Source of the DNA: Camelus ferus
Taxonomy: Eukaryota
NCBI RefSeq assembly: GCF_009834535.1
Contig: NC_045696.1
Span: 99,326,001-99,390,000 of the forward strand
Length of the DNA: 64,000 bases
Direction: 5' to 3'
Below are positions 23,650-34,128 of the stretch, one piece after another (within the stretch, counting starts at the first letter, position 1; every line of letters starts with the position of its first letter). A program made the translations under genes and the position numbers. The notes below the pieces were generated by a model that did no database searches, had not been told where the DNA came from, and saw nothing but the letters and a program-made list of their open reading frames with translations.

Positions 23650-23800
23650 GGAGAGGGAACTGAGGCTGAGAAAGTTGAAGTAACTTCTTGAAAGTCACAC
23701 AATTAATAAGGGAATGAGTCAGGACTTACTGAAGTGGGTGATTTTCAGACTGACTTTCCCATGTATTTCATTTACCCTTTGATTGAACTCTGATTTCTGG
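23650..23800 (-). mobile_element. MIR SINE
   Basis: gaactgaggctgagaaagttgaagtaactt...aagtcacac. Confidence 0.75.
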
Positions 23801-24169
23801 CTTCTCTGGTTGTCCTGACTTAACTTGGTTTTTAAAAGTTTTTTTCTGTGCATCCATGTTAAGTTAGATAATAGAAAAAAAGAGAAAATTTTCGGGACTG
23901 GAACTCTCCTTCTAACATGAGCGCGCGCGCGCACACACACATGTACTGACTGGTTCTCCAGAGGAAAAGTAATTTGAAAGAGTTAGGTCTTGAAAGAAAA
24001 ATCAGAAGTCTACCTGCAAAAGCCTATCTTTGAATTGAACTCTTTTCACTGTTTTCTGGAGGAGGTGTGCCAGTGTTTAATATGGTCCAGATATTTTTCA
24101 AGGGGAAATCTTGATCCATGTAGAAGCAGAGTAGTGATACTTCCTCACTCAAAGATGGCAATAGTTCTT

Positions 24170-25190
24170 AATTGAGTTGTGGAGAACTTTTATTGAAATA
24201 TCACACATAAACAGGAAAAATACACAAACTACACACATGAAATGTGAATTTTTATGAGCTGAACACATCCATGTGAACAGCACTCCAATCAAGAAAGAGT
24301 ATGTCATCAATACCCAAGAAGCCAGTGTTCTATCTTTTTCTATCTCGTACCCCCACAATGGTAATCACTATTCTGACACCAGAGATTCGTTCTTCTGGGT
24401 TTCTGATTTCATGTAAATGAAATCTACAGGATGTATATGGACAAAGTTTTCACTCAACATTTTTTTTGTAAGACTTTTCCATTTGTGTTATGTGATTGTA
24501 CTTTGTCCATTTTCATGGCTATATAATATTCCATCCAGTGAATGTATCACAACTCTTTTTTTATTGACTTATAGTCAGTTTACAATGCTGTGTCCGTTTC
24601 CAGTGTAGATCACAATTTTTCAGTTATACATGATCATACATACATTCACTGTCACATTCTTTCTCGCTGTGAGCTACCACAAGATCTTGTATATATTTCC
24701 CTGTGCTATACAGTATAATCTTGTTTACCTATTCTACATATGCCTGTCAGTATCTACAAATTTCAAACTCCCAGTCCGTCCCTTCCCACCCATCTCCCCC
24801 CTGGCAATCACAAGTTTGTATTCTATGTCTATGAGTCTGTTTCTGTTTTGTATTTATGTTCATTTTCTTTTTTTGATTCCACATATGAGCGATCTCATAT
24901 AGTATTTTTCTTTCTCTTTCTGCCTTGCTTCACTTAGAATGACATTGTCCAGGGACATCCATGTTGCTGCAAATGGCGTTATGTTGTCCATTTTCATTGC
25001 TGTGTAGTATTCCACCCAGTGAATGTATCACAACTTATTTATGTAGTCTGCTCTTAATGGACATCTTGGTAGCTTCCAGTTTGGAGTTATTACATATGCT
25101 ATTGCTATCAACATTATGTATGTTGATGGATATATGCATACATTTCTGTTGGGTAAATACATAAATGTGGCATTACCCTATATATTTGGA
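24170..25190 (-). mobile_element. Old L1 (L1ME/L1MD-like) 3' region hosting a younger L1
   Basis: aactttttattgaaata..., catgtgaacagcactccaatcaagaaa, ttttcactcaacat, tttctgttgggtaaatac. Confidence 0.75.
24555..24983 (-). mobile_element. Younger artiodactyl-type L1 3' fragment nested in the old L1
   Basis: T tail followed by attgacttatagtcagtttacaat...gttgctgcaaatggc, flanked by a 52-bp imperfect duplication. Confidence 0.9.
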
Positions 25191-25499
25191 AATGTCACTC
25201 TAATTTTGGTATGAATAAAATAAAGGTCTGTGTAGAGAAATTTCTCTACTTATATGTGTATTTTGCTTGATATGCATATAAAATGACCTTTATTAAGTTG
25301 TGCTGACAAATCAAGAAAAATCAGGAAAAATGACCAATACAAATTTTCTCATATTATTTATCAACTAGAGATAATAATCACATTTGTTTCTTTTTTAGAG
25401 TCTTTTATGATGTGATATGCATCTATATTTACATGGCTAATTATATAGTCTCAGCTTACTTCCATTTAGCAATATATTACTAGAATGTTCTCATGCCAC

Positions 25500-25790
25500 A
25501 AAGAGAGGGATTGTTTGGGATGGTGGGATAAAGACAGCCAGTTGTATAAGAGAAGCAAAGGGTGAGTGAAGATAAAGTAGTCAAACACCAGAGTAAAGCT
25601 AAGAAAGGAAGCATTTAAAAAGAGGGCATTGGATTCAGCAAGGAGGATGTTATTGGTGTAATGTTTGAAGTGCAGTAATGGAGAAGCCAGACTGCAGTGG
25701 CCTGACGTGTGAATGAGAAGAGAGGAAGAGGGGCGAGTGCTCACTGTGGGGGAAATTCACTTTTGCTTGGAAGGCGCTAATGGGAATGCT
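25500..25790 (-). mobile_element. L2 internal fragment
   Basis: cattggattcagcaaggaggatgttattggt...agccagactgcagtgg. Confidence 0.7.
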
Positions 25791-25923
25791 TATTTTGCAA
25801 AGGTCTTTTCTTCGTTTGCTTTGCTTTGCTTTGCTTTCTTTCCTTTCCCTTCCCCTCTCCCTTTCCCTTTCTTTTCCTTCCCTTTTCATTTGTCTGTTGT
25901 TTTATGGGAAATAATGAATATTA

Positions 25924-26481
25924 CAGTAATCCTTCCTTGTTCACAGGGGATAAGTTCCAAGACCCTCAGTGGATGTCTGAAACCACGATAGTATATATAT
26001 ATATATACTATTTTTTCCTATACGAACATACCCATGATAAAGTTTAATTTATCAATTAGGCACAGTAAGAGATTAACAATAATAACTAATTATAAAATAG
26101 AATAATTATAATAATACACTATAATAAAAGTTACTGTAGATCTTAGTAACCATAACGTATCCTTCCATTTTTTTTTTTTTCATTATTGAGAACTTTCACC
26201 TTTTCAGTTAAAGGAGGCACTTTACCGCTTCTCTTTGACATATCCGAATTACCAGCATCACTACTCTTGTGCTTTGGGACTAATATTGAGTAAAATTAAC
26301 CTCCAGGTGGGATGAAGCTGGAGGATGAGAGATTTCATCACAAGACTTGAAACAGTGTGCTTTTTAAAACTTACAAATGGTTTCTCTCTGAAATTTTCCA
26401 TTGAATATTTTTGAACCATTGTTGACCTAGGATAAATAAAACCAGAGAAAGTGAAGCCTTACATGGGGGGGGGGGCTACTG
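25924..26481 (+). mobile_element. MER44B-like Tigger (TcMar) MITE
   Basis: TA-flanked, TIRs cagtaatcc... / ...gggctactg, internal gttccaagaccctcagtggatg and ttaggcacagtaagagattaacaataat. Length 558 bp. Confidence 0.85.
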
Positions 26482-26489
26482 TAATTCTT

Positions 26490-26676
26490 CTTTTAAAATG
26501 TATTTTATTTTATTTTATTGAAGTATAGTCAGTTACAATGTGTCAGTTTCTGGTGTACAGCATGTTTCAGTCATACATACACATACATATATTCCTTTTC
26601 ATATTCTTTTTCATTATAGGTTACTACAAGATATTGAATATAGTTTCCTGTGCTGTACAGAAGAAACTTATTTATA
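26490..26676 (-). mobile_element. Short L1 3' end with perfect 14-bp TSD
   Basis: TSD ctactgtaattctt at 26476-26489 and 26677-26690. Same L1 tail family as 2651-2809. Confidence 0.9.
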
Positions 26677-26694
26677 CTACTGTAATTCTTATCA

Positions 26695-26900
26695 CCCTCT
26701 ATGACCTTTTTTACAATTCAGCCAGAGAAAGGTGAACAGAAAGAAGAGTGAGTTATTTAAGGTTAAGAGACTTGTGAAATTTGCTAGACTCAGGGTTGTA
26801 AATGGAGTTTGGTCGTAAAATGATTGTAATATGGATGTGGTAGGTTTAGACCACGTTAGCTGGCTGGACCTCCAGAACTGTAACCCCCTTTGGCCGTATA
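26695..26900 (-). mobile_element. MIR relic
   Basis: aaggttaagagacttg...ctggacctccagaactg. Confidence 0.45.
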
Positions 26901-27808
26901 GCATCTTACCCAGTCTCTACAAATGGGATGTCGGTGCAAAGTTGGTTGTGACACCTCTGAAGAAGCCTTTCGCCAGGGCTTGGAGGGAACGATGTTGGTT
27001 CAGAGCAGCTTTGAGGAAACTGTCTCTTAAATTCAGTGGGTCTATTTTATTTATGATTTTTATTCTTTTAAGAAAGTAATACATATGCATAATAGGAACT
27101 TTTGGTTTATTTTATTATTAAGTATACCTTCTCATTGGATAATTGGTCAATAAAATAATTTTCATAATTTGGGTTATTGAGTGAATTTGGGGAGTTTAAT
27201 TATTTTTTAGAGATTTGAAGGAGGCCAGAGGCTGTCTAATGGGGGTGGCTGGTGAGTTGCATATGGAACACACATATTTCAGAAATTTGTCCTGCCACAA
27301 ACCCAGAAGTATATCTCTGATCCTCATTTCTCCTCAGTACAATGAATAAGCTTAAAAGGCAGAATTTATTGTGTTTTCCTAGTTCATATTTATCTGGAAT
27401 TCTATGATCTCTCTTCTTGAAGTTATTGGGTTTTATTAGCTGTAAAGACAGTGATAAATTTGCTTAACAATAAACACTATTAATTCTCATAGGAATTTGA
27501 TATTGAAGTCACTTTTTAGGGAAGATTTAATGATGAGTACATTGAGGGGCTTTCATGCTTTTAAAGCTAACCTCCTTTGGAAAACCAGAACTAGCTTACT
27601 CTGCATCATTATAATGCATGACAAATTACCCTTGTCAAAATAATTGAAAGTGTAAACATGCACTGATTTGCTAGTCCTTTGCTATATTTGTATGTGTTTG
27701 TGTGTTTTCCATTCTGACCCTCAAGGGTGAATGCATATTTATAAAGGGATATTTTTGCTACTAGAAATTAAAAGGTTTTATTCAAAAAAGAGAAGAGTGA
27801 AAGGATGG

Positions 27809-28259
27809 TGTATTGGGTTCCTGTTGTTTACAATGAAACTTAGTAGCCTAAAACAACAAAAATTTATTCTCTCATGGTTCTGGAGGCCAGAAGTCTGATT
27901 TCCAGGTGTTGGAAGGGCCACGCTCCTTCTGAGATTCTAGGGGATACGCTTTTCTCTGCCTGTTCCAGCTTCTGTTGACTCCAGGCATTCCTAGGTGTTT
28001 CTTGGCTGGTAGCCAGCATTCCAGTCTCTGCCCCAGTCTTTCAATGCCTTCTCCTCTTTTATGTGTCCCTCCTTTGCCTTTTATAAGGACACACGCTAGA
28101 CTGAGGGCCCATTTGGATAATCCAGGATGATTTTAACTCAAGATTCTTAACTTAGTTATATCCACAATATCCCTTTTTCCAAATAAATTCAAATTTACAT
28201 TTTCTGGGGATTAAGGAATTGATGTATTTTTTGGGGGGTGCACAATTCAACCCACTATA
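27809..28259 (-). mobile_element. MaLR solo LTR (MLT1B/C-like)
   Basis: aaacaacaaaaatttattctctcatggttctggaggccagaagtc, ttataaggacac, gataatccaggatga, caattcaacccacta. Perfect 5-bp TSD gatgg (27804-27808, 28260-28264). Confidence 0.92.
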
Positions 28260-28839
28260 GATGGTTATTACAATATTTCATTAGAGCCTGATTAGATATG
28301 TTTAAAGTTAATTCTGATTACGCCATACAATATAGGGTTGGTCATTTAGGATTGGTCATATAGTTAAAGAACTTGCTGAAATAAATGTAAAAATTTATTA
28401 TCTATTTCAGTATCAAAGCTGGCATGAATTATAAACTGGGTTTGTGCTATTTTCTTATAGACTGTCACTTGAGCTGTTAAACATAAATGTGTACCATCTT
28501 TTTCATTATCATGGGAAACATGCTGTAGTTTACATACATCAGAAATTCTGTAAGTGGTTTTGGCAACTATTGGGCTATGATTTTTCTGTATCCAATTTTT
28601 ATAATTTAAAACATTTTTAGTGCCTTATGACACTGTCTTTCAAGTGTTGCTCAAATGGTGGGTTGTTCTGGCATTGAAAAATGGATCTGAAAATCAGTAA
28701 TACTGGAATTGAGTTTGATTTAGATAAAACCCTGTGATGAAGGCCAAACAATCATGTTTTTACCCAGTGCTGTCATTTGGAGGGAAGACTGGAAAAATCA
28801 GAGATAAGCCTGAAGACATAAAAGAAGCATATGGTAAAA

Positions 28840-29315
28840 TGTTGCTAACGTGACTGTAGATGTCCATATCCTGTAAATTCATCACTCCATTGACATTTAT
28901 TCCTATCTGAAGAGTCATCCTGAGTTTGGTGTGGTGTTCAGGAAATCATCCCTAACATAAAGTGCAATTGCCTTGTATGCATAATCTTGTATTCTGTTTT
29001 CTTCTGTAACACTCTATTATAAAATTTTTCATATTATCTGAATGAATACATAGTATTCTTCCATTTTGGTATGCATAATTTACCTCACCAATTTCCCATG
29101 TTTCATTTATGTTCCATACTATTTTTGTACTTATATATAACATAATGAACATGTTTGTGATATGCCTTTTTCATATTTCTCCTAATGTAGTTGTAATAGA
29201 CTCCAAGCAGAATTTGCAAGTCAAAGAACTTGAATATGTTTGAGTCTTGTTAATGTGTTGCCAAATAATTTTCAAAATATGTTAAAATATTTTCATTTCC
29301 ACCAGAAATATATGT
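28840..29315 (-). mobile_element. Very old L1ME-like fragment
   Basis: Degraded antisense 3' L1 motifs (agaatttgcaagtcaaag, ttgccaaat, atttccaccag). Confidence 0.5.
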
Positions 29316-29860
29316 TTAAATTTTTTTCCAGTTTTGCTGAGATACAACTGACGTATAGCACTGTTATATGTTTAAGCTGTATGGCATAATAACTTGCCTT
29401 AATATATAGTGAAATAATTACCACAGTAAGTTTAGTTAATAGCCATCATATATAGATGCAAAATAAAAGAAAAAAATGGCTTTTTTTCCTTGTGATGAGA
29501 ACATTAAGATTTATTCTCTTAACAACCTTCAAATATACCTTACAGCAATGTTAATTATAGTCATCAGGTTGTACAGTACCTCCCAGTACTTATTTAACTG
29601 ATAACTGGAAGTTTGTACCTTTTGATTACCTTCATCCAACTCCCTTTTTACCACCTAAACCTCCCCCACCAGCCTATAATCACAAATCTGATCTTTTTCT
29701 ATGTTAGGTTATTTTATTTTGTTTTTTAAAAAGATTCCACATGTAAGTGAGATCATACAGTATTTATCTTTCTCTGTCTGACTTATTTCACTTAGCACAA
29801 TGCCCTTAAGGCTAATCTGTGTTGTTGCAAATGGCAGGATTTCTTGCTTTTATATATATA

Positions 29861-29863
<3 letters not shown>

Positions 29864-29927
<64 letters not shown>
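29864..29927. repeat. (TATC)16 tetranucleotide microsatellite preceded by (TA)n
   Basis: Read directly. It explains the LSIY-repeat ORFs. Confidence 0.97.
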
Positions 29928-31017
29928 ATCTATCTCTCACAGCTTCTTTATCCATTCATCCATCAATGGACACATGGACACCTAGGTTGTTTCCATGTTT
30001 TGGCTATTGTAAATAATGCTGTTATGAACAGAAAGGTGTGGTGATCTTTTCAAGTTAGTGTTTTCATAGCCTTTGGATATATTCCGAAAAGTGGAATTGC
30101 TGGATCATAAGTTAGTTCTATTTTAAGTTTTTTGAGGAACCTCCATACTGTTTTCCCTAGTGGCTGTGCCAATTTACAATCCTACCAATAATGCACAAGG
30201 CTTCCTCTTTCTCCACATCCTTGCTAGCATTTCTCTCTTGATATTTTTGATGATAGCCATTCTAATAGGTCTGAGATGACATCTCATCATGGTTTTGATT
30301 TGCTTTTCCCTAATGATTGGTGATGTTAAGCACCTTTTCATGTATTCATTGGCCATTTGTATATCTTCTTAGGAAAAATGTCTATTTGGCTCCTTTGCCA
30401 ATTTTTAAGTTGGATTTTTTTTTTTTTTTTTGCTATTTAGTTGTATGAATTCTTTATATATTTTAGGTATTAACTATTTATCAATAACGGTTTGCAAAAA
30501 TTTTTTCCCATTACACAGGTTGTCTTTTCATTTTGTTGATTGTTTCTTTTGCTATGAGGAAGCTTTCAGTTTGATGTTGTCCCACTTGTTTATTTATTTT
30601 TTAATTTATTTATTGTGCTTTAGGTGTCATATCCAATAAATTATTGCCAAGACTCCATGTCAAGGAGATTTTTTTTCCTATGTTTTCTTCTAGGATTTTT
30701 ATGGTTTCTAGTCTTACATTATGTTTTTATCCATTTTGAGTTAATTTTTGTGAGTGGTATAATATAGTGGTCTAATTTCATCCTTTTATGTGTGAATATT
30801 CAATTTTCCCAGCACCATTTATTGTAGAGATTGTTTTTCCCCGTTGAATATTCTTGGCTTCCTTGTCCAATATTAGCTGATTGTATACACATGGGTTTAC
30901 TTCTGGGCTCTTGATTCTGTTCTATTGGTCTGCCAGTCTATGTGTCTGTTTTCTATGTTACTACCATACTTTTAACCTTTTAATTTGTGAGATTTGCTTT
31001 ATTGTGATATTTGCTTC

Positions 31018-31154
31018 TTTTCCCCCTTTCCTTTCCTTTCCTTTTCTTTTTCTCTTCTTTCTTTCTTTTTTGTTTTTGTTGATGGAGGTACTGGGGAGTG
31101 AACCCAGGGCCTCGTTCATGCTAAGCGTACACTCTACTACTGAGCTATACCCCC
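31018..31154 (-). mobile_element. Vic-1-type tRNA-Ala SINE with expanded pyrimidine tail
   Basis: ggaggtactggggagtgaacccaggg...atgctaagc...actgagctataccccc. Confidence 0.9.
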
Positions 31155-33806
31155 TAGTCTCCCTCTCTTTATTCTAATTTACCATACTTGTTTGATCACT
31201 ATAGCTTTCTAACTTTTTGAAGTCAGGAAGTGTAATGCCTCCCACTTTGTTCTTCTTTCTCAGGTTTGCTTTGGCTATTTGTGGTCTTTCGTGGTTCCAT
31301 ATAAATGTTAGAATCTTGATAGGGACTGCATTGATTCTATAAATGGCTTTGAGTAGCACGGACATTTTAATATTCGTTTTTTCAATTCATGAACACAGTG
31401 TCTTTCCACTTATTTGTGTCTTCTTTGATTTCTTTTATCAATGTCTTGTTGTTTTCAGTATGGATATCTTATACTTCCTTGGTTAAATTTATTCCCAAGT
31501 ATTTTACCATTTTTGGTGCTATTGTAAATAGGATTTTTTTTTGTTATTTCTTTTCTGGATTATTTGTTGTTAGTGTATAGAAACTGGCTTTTATATACTG
31601 ACTTTGTATCCTGAAACCTTACTGATTTGTTTATTAGTTCTAACAGTATTTTTCATTGCATGTTTAGGATTTTCTCTATATAAAATCATGTCACCTGTAA
31701 ATAGAGGCAGTTTTACTTCTTTTTCAATTCTAATGCCTTTTATTTCTTTTTCTTGCCTGATTGCTCTAGCTGGGACTTCCAGTACTATGTTGAATAGAAG
31801 TGATGAGAGTAGAGACCCTTGTCTTGTTCCTGACCTTAGAGAAAAGCTTTCAACATTTAACCCTTAAGTATGATGTCAGCTTGTCATTAATTGCCTTGTC
31901 ATATATGGCCTTTATTAAGTTGAGGTATGTTCCGTCTACACCTAGTTTGTTGAGTTTTTATCATGAATGGATGTTGAATTTTGTCAGATATTTTCCTGTG
32001 TCTATTGAGATGAGCATATGATTTTTTCTTTCATTCTATTAATGTGATGTGTCACATTGATTTTAGGATGTTGACACATCCTTGCATCCCAGGGATAAAT
32101 CCTACTTGATCACAGTAATTGGTCCTTTTAGTGTATTTCTGAATCCGGTTTGCTGGTATTTTATTAAGAAATTTTACATCTATATTCATCAGGGATATTG
32201 GCTTGTAGTTTTCTTTTTACATATTTCTTTTAAAATACATTTTGGAACATAATAGCTTCTTATAATCCTTTGTATTTCTGTGATATCAGTTATAATATCT
32301 CTTCTTATTTATAATTTTGTTAATTTGAATGTTCTCTCTTTTTTCTTTGGTTAGTCTAGCTAAAAGATTTGTCAGTTTTGTTTATCTTTTCAAAGAACCA
32401 ACTCTTAGTTTGGTTAATTTTTCTTTTTTTTTTTTTTCTGTTTGTTTCCGATTCCATTTATTTCTGCTCTTATCCTTATCATTTCCTTCCTTTTGCTAAC
32501 TTTGGGCTCAGTTGATTCTTCTTTTTATAGTGTTTTTAGGCAAAGAGTTAGGTTTTTTATTTGAGAGGTTTCTTGTTTCTTAATGTAGGCATTTATTGCT
32601 ATGAACTTCCCTCTTAAAACTGCTTTTGCTACATACCATAACTTTTGGTGTGTTGCATTCCTATTTTTGTTCGTCTCCAGATACTTTTTAATTTCCCCTT
32701 TAATTTCTTCTTTGATTCATTGCTTGTTCAGAAGAATGTTGTTTAATTTCCAAGTGGCGGTGAGTTTCCAGCTTCCCCCCACCCCCATTATTGTTTTCTA
32801 GTTTTATACGGTTGTTATCAGAGAACATACTTGATATTATTTCAGTCCTCTTGAGTTTGCTAAGACTTGTTTTGTAGCCTAACACATGATTTATCCTAGA
32901 ATATGTTTCATGTGCTCTTGAAACTAAGGTGTATTCTGCTGTTGTTTGGATAGACTGTTCTATACATGTCTGTTAGGTCCATTCCATCTACAGTGCTGTT
33001 CAAATCTCCTGTTTCCTTGTTGATTATCTGTCTGGATAATTTATATATTGTTGAGAGTGGGGTGTTTATTTCTCTTTTTAATTATATTTGTTTTTTTCAT
33101 ATTTAGGTGCTCTGGTATTGAGTGCATAAGTATTTATAATTGTTATATCTTCTTGATGAATTGATTCTTTATCATTATATAATGACCTTCCCTGTCTCTC
33201 TCTCTCTCTTTTTTTTTTTTTTACCATTTTTATTTTAAACTCTATTTGTCTGATATATCTATCTTACTTTTTTTTGGGTTACCACTTATTTGAAATATCT
33301 TTTCCATCCCTTCATCTCAGTCTATGTGATTCATTGTTCTTTTCTTCTTAACCTGGTATCTTTTTTGTTTGTGAATGTGTTTTGATAATTTTTGGTGGCT
33401 TTGAATTTTCTTTTGGTGTTTCTTTGTATATTCTAAGTTTCATGTATCTAGTAAGCATTACTTTTATGACTTGAGAACACTGTTTTTAAAATAAAAGGCA
33501 CAATAAGAAAGGGACCAACATAGTTTAATAGTATTGATTAAAAAATACTATTTGGAGCCTCTTGAGGCTGTAATAAACAAACAACTGTCAAAACTAAGTC
33601 AATAAACTGCATAGCATCTGAATCTTTGGATGAATTTTATTCTTTTCTTCCCCACTGCTCCAAAAAGCAAAGCTTCAAAGCATTTGAATGTGTGAGTATG
33701 TGTTGTATATATATGTGTATACACATAAACTTGCTGAAACATGATTTAGAAGTTTTCTATAATGAACCTCCAGTTAGTCAGTTTGAATAAATTGCCTGAT
33801 ATATGA

Positions 33807-33808
<2 letters not shown>

Positions 33809-33842
<34 letters not shown>
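33809..33842. repeat. (GT)17 microsatellite
   Basis: Read directly from the sequence. Confidence 0.98.
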
Positions 33843-33846
<4 letters not shown>

Positions 33847-34095
33847 TTGTTATCCTGAAGATTAGAGTTTGAAATCCAGGAGCATTTCTAAAACCTCTTT
33901 TTGTTCATATAGAAAAATTTAGTATGTGTTACTTGATTTTTTTTTCTTTTAGTACATTTGATTTCAACCTGAATGTGTTGCCTGGATGTTCTTATGCTGT
34001 AGTCATTGCAAGATGTTACGATCACCAGTGCACATATTACAATGCATAATGGTTTGTTTTACATAATTATGTGATAAAAATTTCAAGGCAGATGC

Positions 34096-34097
<2 letters not shown>

Positions 34098-34127
<30 letters not shown>
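34098..34127. repeat. (CA)15 microsatellite
   Basis: Read directly from the sequence. Confidence 0.98.

Positions 34128-34128
<1 letters not shown>

Larger units (their letters stand above)
29320..33330 (-). mobile_element. Decayed ~4 kb LINE-1 (L1MA9-like 3' UTR plus ORF2 remnants with internal deletions)
   Basis: ORF-track peptides [28 protein letters not shown] (C-terminal), [30 protein letters not shown] (post-RT) and LGYKTSLSKLKRTEIISSMFSDNNRIKLE (endonuclease) occur in L1 order. Many stops and frameshifts. Confidence 0.95.

Noticed and set aside
28734..28813. Box C/D snoRNA-like GTGATGA...CTGA spacing (similar cases near 48256 and 55941)
   Set aside because: No terminal stem and no recognisable rRNA/snRNA antisense element. 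Expected by chance.
29800..30044. ORFs with LSIY repeats
   Set aside because: Translation of the (TATC)16 microsatellite inside a decayed L1.
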